Source of the DNA: an alpha proteobacterium MED-G09
GTDB lineage: Bacteria > Pseudomonadota > Alphaproteobacteria > MED-G09
DNA length: 64,000 bases
Reading direction: 5' to 3'
Assembly: GCA_905182015.1 (NCBI GenBank)
Contig: CAJIZT010000006.1
Location: 19,116 to 83,115 of the forward strand
The notes under the pieces were generated by a model. That model was not told the origin of the DNA. It searched no databases and was given only the letters and a program-made list of their open reading frames with translations. Numbering within the stretch: position 1 is the stretch's first letter; each line of letters starts with the position of its first letter. A program made the translations under genes and the position numbers. Shown piece by piece: positions 19,457-29,119 of this stretch.

Positions 19457-20146
19457 ATGTCAGATAAGATGAAAATAGTAGCTGCGCAAGAAGCAATAAA
19501 AAACGTCAAAGATAAAATGAAGTTAGGCTTAGGGACAGGATCAACAGTCAATGAGTTTTTAAAGATTTTATCGGAAAAAGTAAAAGGAGGTCTTGATATA
19601 GTTGGTGTAGTGACGTCTGAAAAGACAAGAGTTCTTTCTGAAAACCTTGGAATACCTTTAACATCCCTTAGTACTGTTAAAAGTCTTGATCTAACAATTG
19701 ATGGAGCAGATGAGATAGATTCAGATTTATCTCTAATAAAAGGAGGGGGAGGGGCACTTCTTAGAGAAAAGATAGTTGCTTATAATTCTAAAAAATTAAT
19801 CATTATCGCCGATAAATCAAAGATTGTTTCTAAGCTTGGAGACTTTACCTTACCTATAGAAGTTTCATCATATGAGCACGAAGTAACTAGCTCAAGAATA
19901 ATGCGTAAGCTTGAGAGCATTGGGTATGAAGGATCCATCAAATTAAGATTGATAAATGACAGTATTTTTGTAACCGATGGTGGAAATTTGATTTACGATT
20001 TATCTATTGGTCTTATTAGTGAACCCTACATAGTTGAACAATTACTAAATTCAATTCCTGGTGTGTTTGAAAATGGTCTTTTTATAAATTTAACTGATCA
20101 TGTAATTATTGGAGAAGAAGAGGGCGTCAAAATAATAAAAAAATAA
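19457..20146 (+). CDS. rpiA: Ribose-5-phosphate isomerase A
   Basis: GLGTGST, DGADE, KGGGGALLREK; ATG 19457 after GAGGAG. Confidence 0.95.
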   Translation: MSDKMKIVAAQEAIKNVKDKMKLGLGTGSTVNEFLKILSEKVKGGLDIVGVVTSEKTRVLSENLGIPLTSLSTVKSLDLTIDGADEIDSDLSLIKGGGGALLREKIVAYNSKKLIIIADKSKIVSKLGDFTLPIEVSSYEHEVTSSRIMRKLESIGYEGSIKLRLINDSIFVTDGGNLIYDLSIGLISEPYIVEQLLNSIPGVFENGLFINLTDHVIIGEEEGVKIIKK

Positions 20147-20147
20147 C

Positions 20148-21245
20148 TTAAATAGCACCTGCTCTTTTTGCATATTCCCATCCGGCATCCGCTAATGGCC
20201 GAACTCTATCACCTTGAGCCTCGGCATGCTCGCTTGCTGCCGTACCATCCCTAACTCTACCAAGTATACCTTGAAGAATTCCAGCTAATCTAAAAAAATT
20301 ATAAGCTAAGTAAAAATCAATATTCTCTATTTCTTTTCTATTAGTTTTTTCACAATACATTCTTATATATTCCTCAGCTGTTGGAATACCAAGCTCTTTA
20401 AAGTTTGCATTTGATAGCGATTGAGTTCCGGCTCCGTTTGCTATATCGGGCATAAACCATTGCATTAAATGGTACGTAAAGTCACCCAACGGATGACCCA
20501 GAGTTGATAGCTCCCAATCAAGGACGGCCAGAACTTTCGACTGAGTTGGATGAAGAACCATATTATCAATCCTATAATCACCGTGTACAATAGATGTTTC
20601 ATCTTTTCCTGGTATATTACTCGGAAGCCACTCAATAAGAGCTTGCATTGATTCTATATCCTGTGTTTCCGATGCTAAATATTGTTTTGTCCACCTTGAT
20701 ATTTGCCTAGAAAAGTAATTACCTGGCTTTCCAAAATCCCCAAGACCTATTTTTTCAAAGTTAGTATTATGAAGCTCAGCTAAGGTTCTATTTTTTTCTG
20801 TAAAGATTTCTTTTCTTATTTCAGGTGTTGATCCTGGTAATGTAGGGTCCCAAATTATTCTTCCATCAACCATTTCCATTACAAAAAATATTGTTCCAAT
20901 AATAGATTCATCTTCGCACATACAATAAGTTTTAGGTACGGCAAAGTTAACAGAATTTAGAGCCGTAATAACTTTATACTCCCTGTCTACAGCGTGTGCT
21001 GAGGGTAAAAGCTTTCCAGGTGGCTTTCTTCTAAGGACATATTTTTTATTAGGTGTTATTAATTGGTATGTTGGATTAGATTGACCACCCTTAAATTCTT
21101 TTACGGTAAGGGGGCCTTCAAAACTAGGGACGGTGTCCGATAAGTACTCTTGTAATTTTTTTTCAGGGAACTTTAATTTCTCTTGAACATTCATAGTCCC
21201 AGTAAACTTTTCTGTTGATGTCATTTCTTCATTATCATTATTCAT
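20148..21245 (-). CDS. APH-family phosphotransferase (ACAD10/11 N-terminal kinase / LvaA-like)
   Basis: F.GGQSNPTY, VLRRKPPG.LL.SAHAV.REY, HGDYRIDN, LDWELSTLG.P..D. Confidence 0.85.
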   Translation of the reverse strand: MNNDNEEMTSTEKFTGTMNVQEKLKFPEKKLQEYLSDTVPSFEGPLTVKEFKGGQSNPTYQLITPNKKYVLRRKPPGKLLPSAHAVDREYKVITALNSVNFAVPKTYCMCEDESIIGTIFFVMEMVDGRIIWDPTLPGSTPEIRKEIFTEKNRTLAELHNTNFEKIGLGDFGKPGNYFSRQISRWTKQYLASETQDIESMQALIEWLPSNIPGKDETSIVHGDYRIDNMVLHPTQSKVLAVLDWELSTLGHPLGDFTYHLMQWFMPDIANGAGTQSLSNANFKELGIPTAEEYIRMYCEKTNRKEIENIDFYLAYNFFRLAGILQGILGRVRDGTAASEHAEAQGDRVRPLADAGWEYAKRAGAI

Positions 21246-22518
21246 TATCTTCCCTCTCAATTGCCTTCCAACCTATGTCGTTTCTATAGTATGAATTATT
21301 CCATTTTATTAATCCAGTAGCGCTTAAGGCTCTTAAGTTTGCATCTTTAACTGTGTCACCAAATGCAGTTATATTTAAGACTCTACCTCCACTTGTTACT
21401 ATTAAATTCCCATCTTTTTTTGTTCCAGCCTGATATACGAGTGTGTGAGGTTGTTTTTCTGCTTGATTAATTCCCTCTATAGGATAACCAATTTTGTATG
21501 ATTCCGGGTATCCGAACGATGCCATTACTATTGTTAAGGCATATCTTTCATCCCACTCTATAACTGAATCACTAAGTTTATTTTTACAACAATTCATTAT
21601 AATATCAAAAAGATCAGTCTTTAATCTTGGCAAGATTACCTGGCACTCCGGATCACCAAACCTAACATTGTATTCGATTAACTTTGGTCCATCTTCAGTT
21701 ATCATTAGACCAGCATATAATATTCCCGTGAAAGGACAGCCCAATTCCTTCATTGCTTTTAGTGTAGGTTTGATAATTCTTTCTATTGTCTCTTTTTTTA
21801 ATTCATCAGTCATGATCGGAGCAGGAGAATAAGCACCCATTCCACCAGTATTGGGCCCAGTATCTTTCAGACCAATTCTCTTATGGTCCTGGGCTGAAGT
21901 GAGCTCAGTAAAGCTATTTTGATCAGCAATAATAAAGAAACTAACCTCTTCACCAATCATGAATTCTTCTATTATAATTTCATTTTCAGCATCGTTAAAA
22001 GCTCCTGAGAAATTTTTTTCTACAGCGCCAATGCCTTCCTCTAGATTTTCAGCAATAATTACACCTTTTCCTGCAGCCAGTCCATTAGCCTTGACAACTA
22101 TCGGAAAGCTTTGTTCCTTTAGGTAATCAATTGCTACATCTTTATCTGAAAATGATTTAAATGCTGCTGTTGGTATATTATATTTTTCACATATTTCTTT
22201 TGTAAATTTTTTTGAACCCTCTAGTTTTGCCGCTAGCATTTTTGGGCCAAACACTAAAATATTAAACTTATCTAGAAAGTCTGCCAACCCTTCGACTAAA
22301 GGAATTTCTGGGCCAATAACGACAAGTTCTATATTTTGTTTATTACAGAAATTTAATATCTCCGTATGGTTGGATGAATTAAGTTCTATAGGTCTTGCAT
22401 ACCTTTCTATGCCTGGATTACATGGTGTGCAGTAAATTTTTCCAACCTTGGGGTTTTCATATAGGGCCTTAGCAATTGCATGCTCCCTTCCACCAGAACC
22501 TATTAAGAGTATATTCAT
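21238..22518 (-). CDS. purD: Phosphoribosylamine--glycine ligase
   Basis: GSGGREHA, LEGSK, GLAAGKGV, QDHKR..D.GPNTGGMG, RFGDPE. Confidence 0.97.
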   Translation of the reverse strand: MNILLIGSGGREHAIAKALYENPKVGKIYCTPCNPGIERYARPIELNSSNHTEILNFCNKQNIELVVIGPEIPLVEGLADFLDKFNILVFGPKMLAAKLEGSKKFTKEICEKYNIPTAAFKSFSDKDVAIDYLKEQSFPIVVKANGLAAGKGVIIAENLEEGIGAVEKNFSGAFNDAENEIIIEEFMIGEEVSFFIIADQNSFTELTSAQDHKRIGLKDTGPNTGGMGAYSPAPIMTDELKKETIERIIKPTLKAMKELGCPFTGILYAGLMITEDGPKLIEYNVRFGDPECQVILPRLKTDLFDIIMNCCKNKLSDSVIEWDERYALTIVMASFGYPESYKIGYPIEGINQAEKQPHTLVYQAGTKKDGNLIVTSGGRVLNITAFGDTVKDANLRALSATGLIKWNNSYYRNDIGWKAIEREDNE

Positions 22519-22582
22519 ATTATTTTAAACTATTTAACTATTTAAGAGATTAACTATTCGATTTATAATAAAGTATATCATA

Positions 22583-23938
22583 ATGAATTCTACAATAAAA
22601 AATACTTTAGAGCTCTCTGTTTCTGAATTATCCGATTCAATCAAAGGATTGATTGAGGATAATTTTGGCTATATTCGTGTAAGAGGCGAGATTGGAAGGG
22701 TTTCAACACCAGCCTCTGGGCATATTTATTTTGATTTAAAGGATAATGATGCTGTAATTTCAGGAATTATCTGGAAAGGTAATGTTTTAAGCTTAGATAT
22801 TAAGCCAGAAGAGGGCCTAGAGGTTATTTGTGTTGGAAAAGTAACAACATACAAAGGTCAGTCTAAATACCAGATCATTGTTGATAAAGTCGAACCTGCC
22901 GGTGTGGGCGCTTTAATGGCGCTGCTTGAAAAAAGAAAAAAAACACTTACGAGTGAAGGGCTATTTTTAAATGATTTCAAACAAGAGATTCCATTCCTAC
23001 CTAAAACTATTGGCGTCATAACAAGTCCCTCCGGAGCTGTCATCAGGGATATAATTCATAGAATTGAAGAGAGGTTTCCTTCTAGGATAATGATATGGCC
23101 TGTTAGGGTTCAAGGTGAATCATGCCCTGAGGAGGTGATTGACGCTATAGAGGGTTTTCATTTAATTGAACAAAGTAATATGCCTAGACCTGATTTAATA
23201 ATAATTGCTCGGGGAGGCGGTAGCTTAGAAGATTTGTGGGGGTTTAATGATGAAGGTGTTGTAAGGGCAGTTTTTAACTCCAAGATTCCTATTATCTCAG
23301 CTATAGGTCATGAAACTGATAATACACTAATTGATTTAGTGTCTGATTTAAGGGCTCCAACACCTTCCGCAGCAGCAGAAAAAGCCGTCCCCGTTAGAAA
23401 TGATATTTTATTAAAGCTAAAAGATATTGATTTACGACTACAAAGTGCGATCTTAAGAAATTTTAAAGAAAAAAGTGAAAGGAATAAAATTATTTGTATG
23501 GCTTTTCCTGAAATTTTAAAAATTATCAAATATCCCCAGCAACGAATGGATAATATTAATATACGTATAAGACTATCTCTTAAATCAAATCTTAATCACT
23601 TCAGTCAAAATCTTATCAATATATCTAGGCTTCTAAAAAAGGACCGTTTAAAAAAGATGGTGGAGAGTAAAAGCGATAATTTAGAATCAAAATTCCATTT
23701 ACTCTTTTCTAGTTTTGACTTTTTTTTAATGGGATTAACGAGCAGGCTAAGTCTTTCATCAGGAATTTTGGCAGCACTAAGTCATGAAAATGTTTTAAAG
23801 CGGGGTTTTGCGATAGTTAAAGATGATAGCTTAACGTTAGTTAGGTCGTCAAAAGCGCTCAAAGATAATCAAAATTTGAGAATTCAGTTTAGTGAAGGTG
23901 ACGCAATTGATGTTAGTGTAGATAAAAATGAAAGTTAA
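22583..23938 (+). CDS. xseA: Exodeoxyribonuclease VII large subunit
   Basis: SGH.YF.LKD, RGGGSLEDL, GHETD, APTPSAAAE, L.RGF. Confidence 0.95.
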   Translation: MNSTIKNTLELSVSELSDSIKGLIEDNFGYIRVRGEIGRVSTPASGHIYFDLKDNDAVISGIIWKGNVLSLDIKPEEGLEVICVGKVTTYKGQSKYQIIVDKVEPAGVGALMALLEKRKKTLTSEGLFLNDFKQEIPFLPKTIGVITSPSGAVIRDIIHRIEERFPSRIMIWPVRVQGESCPEEVIDAIEGFHLIEQSNMPRPDLIIIARGGGSLEDLWGFNDEGVVRAVFNSKIPIISAIGHETDNTLIDLVSDLRAPTPSAAAEKAVPVRNDILLKLKDIDLRLQSAILRNFKEKSERNKIICMAFPEILKIIKYPQQRMDNINIRIRLSLKSNLNHFSQNLINISRLLKKDRLKKMVESKSDNLESKFHLLFSSFDFFLMGLTSRLSLSSGILAALSHENVLKRGFAIVKDDSLTLVRSSKALKDNQNLRIQFSEGDAIDVSVDKNES

Positions 23939-23951
23939 ATAAGGGGTTTTT

Positions 23952-24155
23952 ATGGATTTCAATAGGTCTAAGGCGGAGCTAATTTACGGTGATGGAGCTT
24001 TCACGGTAGTTGAGCATGGGACATACGTAATTTGCCATGTTAGCAATAGAGAGATTCTTTTGTCTGATCTTAAATATTGGTCAGTTGCAAGGCAGGAAGC
24101 TTATTATGATGCTGAGCAATCTCTAAAGAGGGAGAAAGAGGTTAATCAAATTTAA
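23952..24155 (+). CDS. DUF2093 family small protein
   Basis: Y.DG.F..V..G.YV.C..S...I.L..LKYWSV.RQEAY; position after xseA. Confidence 0.8.
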   Translation: MDFNRSKAELIYGDGAFTVVEHGTYVICHVSNREILLSDLKYWSVARQEAYYDAEQSLKREKEVNQI

Positions 24156-25032
24156 ATTTTTTATCCCATCGATTATGCACCCAGAACCAGTCCTCTGGTT
24201 TATTCCTTATACAGTTTTCTAAGAACTTATTTATTTCAGTAGTAAAAACTTTAATGTTTTCTTGGTTATTGTCTGTTTTATTGATTTTTATCTCCTCATA
24301 GAAGGTTATCCTAAAGTTTGACCCTTCCTTTCTCTCTACATTCATCGGAATGACTGGATACCCATACCTCAGCGATAATGTTGCAGCTCCATCAGAAGTC
24401 ATAGATTTGGTATCAAAGAAATCAGCCGCAACACCACTTGATAGCTTTTGATCGACCAGCATCGCTATAGTTCCATTTCTTTTAAGAAGGCTTAGCATTT
24501 GACGAGCTCCCGAAGAGCCCTTTTTTATCTGGTTTGGTGTTGTATTCTTTATTCTTTGATTGACCACCCATTTATTCACAAAAAAATTATTTGAATGTCT
24601 GTAAATTCCGGCCACCTCCCTTCTATATTCCCTAAGAATTAAAGGTATTATTTCCCAATTAGCAAAATGACCCGAAACAAATATTGCCCCAACACTTTCA
24701 TATTTTTTTGCAATATCCTCTCCAACGACCTCAATTCTTAATTTTTTTTCTTTAGCAATTCTTGCTAAGTGAAAAAATTCTGTTAAAACCATCCCAATAT
24801 TTTTCCACATATTCGATATAATGATCTTTTTTTCACTACTAGACATATCTGGGAAGGCAATTTTTAAATTATCTTTTGCTCTTTTTGTTATTTTTAGCCT
24901 TGGCCCAACCAAAGAAAGTATTAAACTCATTATGTTTCTGGACAGTCTTAATCCCAGAATTTTAGTAAAAATTAGAAAAATAAATCCTAAAATTGCTTCT
25001 AAAAAATATCTTATAGTTTTTATTATAATCAT
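24142..25032 (-). CDS. lpxL: Lipid A lauroyl/myristoyl acyltransferase (LpxL/HtrB family)
   Basis: H.ANWE, DQK, FF, P..WFWVHNRW. Confidence 0.8.
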   Translation of the reverse strand: MIIIKTIRYFLEAILGFIFLIFTKILGLRLSRNIMSLILSLVGPRLKITKRAKDNLKIAFPDMSSSEKKIIISNMWKNIGMVLTEFFHLARIAKEKKLRIEVVGEDIAKKYESVGAIFVSGHFANWEIIPLILREYRREVAGIYRHSNNFFVNKWVVNQRIKNTTPNQIKKGSSGARQMLSLLKRNGTIAMLVDQKLSSGVAADFFDTKSMTSDGAATLSLRYGYPVIPMNVERKEGSNFRITFYEEIKINKTDNNQENIKVFTTEINKFLENCIRNKPEDWFWVHNRWDKKFKFD

Positions 25033-25096
25033 AGGGTTGTTATATCACATTTTTAGCACTAATTTCCTTATAATCACTATTAACAAGGAGAATTAA

Positions 25097-25729
25097 TTGT
25101 CTGAACCTATTGAAGCTGAAGTTAATGAAGAAATGCGTAATCGGCAACTTAAGTCTATTTGGAATAGATTTGGTATTTATATTATAGCATCTGCAGTAAT
25201 AATAATACTTGCAGTAGGGGGTTACGAGGTTTCTAATTATTGGAATAATAAAATTTCTCAAAAAGAATCAGATAGATTCGATTCTGCGATCCTAATGATT
25301 GAAGAGGGAAGAAGCGATGAGGGTTATAAAAAGTTATTAGAACTAACTAACTCCAAGAGTGGATACAGAGGGCTAGCTTTATTTCGACTGTCCTCTGAAA
25401 GTTATGACTTAGGAAATTTTAATGAATCAGTGGAGTTTCTTAAAAAAGCCTCAAATGACAAATCCTTAACTGAGGGACTTAGAAGTTTTGCAAAAATTAA
25501 AGCAGGATTAATCTTAGTAGATCATGGAAGTCTTGATGATGTTAATAATATTCTTGATTCTTTAGCAAAAAAAAATGGATCTTTTTCATTTCATGCAAAA
25601 GAGATTATTGCGCTTTCAATGCTTAGTAACGGCAAAGAATCTGAGGCTAAATTAATGTTTGAGAGTATCGCATCTGATGCAGCTACCCCGCCATCCTTAG
25701 CCCGGAGGGCGGAAATATTTTTACAATAA
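25097..25729 (+). CDS. YfgM/DUF2659-like membrane-anchored TPR protein
   Basis: EV.EE.R..QL..W.RFG, single TM, helical; upstream of bamB-der; TTG start after AAGGAG. Confidence 0.75.
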   Translation: MSEPIEAEVNEEMRNRQLKSIWNRFGIYIIASAVIIILAVGGYEVSNYWNNKISQKESDRFDSAILMIEEGRSDEGYKKLLELTNSKSGYRGLALFRLSSESYDLGNFNESVEFLKKASNDKSLTEGLRSFAKIKAGLILVDHGSLDDVNNILDSLAKKNGSFSFHAKEIIALSMLSNGKESEAKLMFESIASDAATPPSLARRAEIFLQ

Positions 25730-25755
25730 GATTAGCGGTAAAACATAAGGTTAAT

Positions 25756-27087
25756 ATGAAAAATATTTTATTTATAATTCTTATTCCAATGATTATATCT
25801 GGATGCGGAGGTTTTAATAACTTTCTTGGTGGAGATGACATTGATAAGGATAGGATTAAAGGTGACCGTATTTCTATTTTAAGTTTAGAAAAAAACTTAA
25901 CCTCAGACCCTAAGTTGCGAGATAATAGGGTTATAATACCAGATTCTAAGAATTTAAAATCCTGGATACACCCAGGCGGTTCATTAGATAACTCTCTTCA
26001 TAACCTCTCAGGACCTAGTTTCCTTAAGGAATTATTTAAATTTAAAATTGCCTCTGGTTCATCTAGGCAATCTTTTTTAATGAGTTCGCCAATTATAGTT
26101 GACGAAACAGTCTTTGTTTTAGGTGCTGATGCCAAGGTAAGCTCCTTTAGCCTTTTAAGCAAAAAAAGAATATGGCAAGTAGATATGTCTCTAAAAAAAG
26201 AAAAGAAATCCGAAGGGTTTGGTGGAGGTATTGCTTATGATAGTGGTGTGCTTTTTGCGACAAGTGGATTTGGGAATGTATTAGCTATTGATTCATATAC
26301 CGGTGAAGAGTTGTGGAGGGTTAATCTAAAAATTCCAATTCGTTCAGCTCCAATATCACATAATAATATTGTCTTCGTAATTACTCACGATAATCAAGTG
26401 TTTGCCATAAATAATAAAAATGGAGAAATATTGTGGAATCATAGAGGTATTCTTGAGTCTGCATCAGTTTTATCTTCAAATTCTGTGGCCATTGACTCTG
26501 GTTTGATTTTTGTTCCATATTCATCAGGTGAGATTTATGCAATTAGAACTCTAAATGGATCTGTTGTTTGGTCTGATTCTCTATCTAGAACAGGTTCTTC
26601 AACTTCGCTTGCCGAAATCAACTCTATTACAGCAAGACCAGTTGCGGATAGGGGGAGCTTGATCGCAATAAGTCACGCAGGGCGAATGGTATCAGTCGAT
26701 ATTTCCACTGGAGAAAGATTATGGACGCTTGATATTTCAGGAACTGAAACACCTTGGGTTGCAGGTGATTGGGTTTTTACTCTTTCAACAAATTCTGAAT
26801 TAATTGGTATTTCTAGAAATGCTGGAAATATTAAATGGGTAACGCAATTGGAGCAATATTTAAATGAAGAGGACAGGGAAGGCCCGATAAGATGGAGTGG
26901 ACCTCTTATGGTTTCTGGAAAGTTATTTATAATATCATCTCATGGAGTTGCTGCTTGGGTTTCTCCTCAAACAGGTGAAATATTAGAAACAACTAAAATT
27001 CCTGGTTCTTTTCTTATCGCCCCTATTATTGTTAACGAAGTAATTTATTTGTTAAGTGATGATGGGGATTTAATCGCTTATAATTAA
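25756..27087 (+). CDS. bamB: Outer-membrane assembly lipoprotein BamB (PQQ-type beta-propeller)
   Basis: Lipobox IISGC; repeated A....GE.LW blades; yfgM-bamB-der synteny. Confidence 0.8.
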   Translation: MKNILFIILIPMIISGCGGFNNFLGGDDIDKDRIKGDRISILSLEKNLTSDPKLRDNRVIIPDSKNLKSWIHPGGSLDNSLHNLSGPSFLKELFKFKIASGSSRQSFLMSSPIIVDETVFVLGADAKVSSFSLLSKKRIWQVDMSLKKEKKSEGFGGGIAYDSGVLFATSGFGNVLAIDSYTGEELWRVNLKIPIRSAPISHNNIVFVITHDNQVFAINNKNGEILWNHRGILESASVLSSNSVAIDSGLIFVPYSSGEIYAIRTLNGSVVWSDSLSRTGSSTSLAEINSITARPVADRGSLIAISHAGRMVSVDISTGERLWTLDISGTETPWVAGDWVFTLSTNSELIGISRNAGNIKWVTQLEQYLNEEDREGPIRWSGPLMVSGKLFIISSHGVAAWVSPQTGEILETTKIPGSFLIAPIIVNEVIYLLSDDGDLIAYN

Positions 27088-27096
27088 AGAGATAGA

Positions 27097-28425
27097 ATGT
27101 CAGATGTATTGGCTATAATAGGACGACCAAATGTCGGTAAATCAACTCTTTTTAATAGGTTGATAGGAAAACGTTTAGCTTTGGTTGCTAATGAGCCCGG
27201 CATTACAAGGGACTATAGAGTTGAAACTCTAAAAGTAGATGACTTTTCTTATGATTTAATAGATACCGCTGGAATTGAAGAGCTTTCGTCAGATAATATT
27301 TCCCGTATAACTAAGCTATCTTCAATTAAAGCTATTGATAAAGCCGATATTCTTATATTTGTTATAGATGCAAGGAGTAATCTTACGTCAGATGATATTT
27401 CGCTAGCCTCCTTAATAAGAAAAAGTGGTAAAAAAGTTGTTTTAGTTGCCAATAAATGTGAGGGGTTAAGTATAAAGCAGGGGGAGGTTGATAGTCTATC
27501 CTTTGGTTTTGGGATTCCTGTTCCAATTTCATCAGAGCATAATATCGGAATACCGGAGTTACTATCCTCAATTAAAGATATCTCTAATTTTGATACCTCA
27601 GATGAATTGGAGACGAGTAGTTACAAAAAGATTACTATACTAGGAAGGCCGAATTCTGGAAAATCTACTCTGATAAATCAATTAATTGACGAAGATAGGC
27701 AGATTGTTGGTCCTGAGGCTGGTTTAACTAGAGATTCTGTACCAATATTTTTTCAATGGAATTCTTCAAAATATCAAATATGGGATACTGCAGGGATTAG
27801 AAAAAAATCAAAAGTAATTGAACATGCAGAGAAGCTATCTGTCATGAGTTCTTTAAATGCGACAGAAGATTCTCAGGTTGTAATACTGATGATCGATGCT
27901 TTACGGGGGTTTGAAAAACAAGATGCTAATATTTCCAACCTTATTGAATCCGAAGGAAAGCCATTTTTAGTCGTTATAAATAAATGGGACATGGTCAAAA
28001 ATAAAAAAATTTTAAAAACTCAAATTGAAGAAGCAATTGAAGAATTTTTACCTCAACTCGGTCAGGTAAAAACTTCTTATATTTCAGCTCAAACAGGAAA
28101 AGGTGTTGATAAAATGATGGACCTCTTGGAAGAGGTTAATTCAATTAGTGGGAAAAGGTTGGGGACATCTGAGTTAAATAACTTTTTATCTCATGTAACC
28201 TCAAAGCATCCCCACCCAAATAAAAATGGCCGCCCAGTAAAAATTAAATTTATTACTCAGCCAAAGGTAAGACCCCCATCCTTTGTTATTTTTTCGAATT
28301 ATCCAGATTTTATAAAAGAATCTTATAAGAGATACTTAATTAATGAGCTAAGGAAAGGCTTTGGACTCGAAGGTGTTACTGTCCGGCTAGATATAAAGGG
28401 AACAAAAAATCCGTATGCTAAATAA
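27097..28425 (+). CDS. der: Ribosome biogenesis GTPase Der
   Basis: Two G domains (GRPNVGKS/GRPNSGKS, DTAG, NKCE/NKWD) and a KH-like tail. Confidence 0.97.
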   Translation: MSDVLAIIGRPNVGKSTLFNRLIGKRLALVANEPGITRDYRVETLKVDDFSYDLIDTAGIEELSSDNISRITKLSSIKAIDKADILIFVIDARSNLTSDDISLASLIRKSGKKVVLVANKCEGLSIKQGEVDSLSFGFGIPVPISSEHNIGIPELLSSIKDISNFDTSDELETSSYKKITILGRPNSGKSTLINQLIDEDRQIVGPEAGLTRDSVPIFFQWNSSKYQIWDTAGIRKKSKVIEHAEKLSVMSSLNATEDSQVVILMIDALRGFEKQDANISNLIESEGKPFLVVINKWDMVKNKKILKTQIEEAIEEFLPQLGQVKTSYISAQTGKGVDKMMDLLEEVNSISGKRLGTSELNNFLSHVTSKHPHPNKNGRPVKIKFITQPKVRPPSFVIFSNYPDFIKESYKRYLINELRKGFGLEGVTVRLDIKGTKNPYAK

Positions 28426-28445
28426 ATTACTTGAAGAGTCCAAAT

Positions 28446-29117
28446 TTAAAAATTTATTAAGCCAAGTACTTTTTTCGAAATCTCATCAGGATGATTGAAC
28501 TGCTGTCCGTTCTCCCCCGGCATAAAACTTGCTCTAAGCTCTGTGTTCATTTTTCCAGGATCAAAAGTTAATGCCTTAATATTTGTAAGGGTTAGTTCTT
28601 TTTTCCAAATTTCTATTAGACTTTCTAAGCCTAATTTTGAAATATGGTAGGGCGCCCAAAAAGGTTGTATTTCTTTTATCATACCGTCAGTAATAAAAAT
28701 TGCATGAGCTTTTTCTGAATTTTTTAATAATGGTTCAAGGGATCTTATTAGTCTATAATTAACAGTCAGGTTGATATTGATCACTTTATCCCAAACTTTT
28801 GGATCCAAATGAGAAATAGGGGTTATATCTCCAACAATTGCAGCGGTACTGATTAAAATATCTAATTTTCCCCATTTTTTATAAATTTCTTGGCCAAGCG
28901 CATCAATTGTATCATTATCTTCTAAGTCCATAGGGACAATTGTCGACCTTGATCCTATCGACTGTATCTCATCATCAAGTTCTTCTAGGGCTCCAATAGT
29001 TCTTGCAACTAGAATTAATTCAGCGCCTTCCCTAGCTAAAAGTTTCGCAACCGATCTACCTAAGCCCCTAGAGGAACCAGCGATTAATGCAACTTTACCT
29101 TTTAATTTTTTCTTCAT
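28446..29117 (-). CDS. SDR oxidoreductase (YciK-like), downstream of purF
   Basis: G.SRGLG, ART..LEELDD, Y..SK, PG.M.T..RA..MPGE. Confidence 0.8.
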   Translation of the reverse strand: MKKKLKGKVALIAGSSRGLGRSVAKLLAREGAELILVARTIGALEELDDEIQSIGSRSTIVPMDLEDNDTIDALGQEIYKKWGKLDILISTAAIVGDITPISHLDPKVWDKVININLTVNYRLIRSLEPLLKNSEKAHAIFITDGMIKEIQPFWAPYHISKLGLESLIEIWKKELTLTNIKALTFDPGKMNTELRASFMPGENGQQFNHPDEISKKVLGLINF

Positions 29118-29119
29118 AA

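Noticed and set aside
20148-21245. Aminoglycoside resistance gene
   Set aside because: Motifs match the ACAD10/11-type metabolic kinase subfamily, not APH resistance enzymes.
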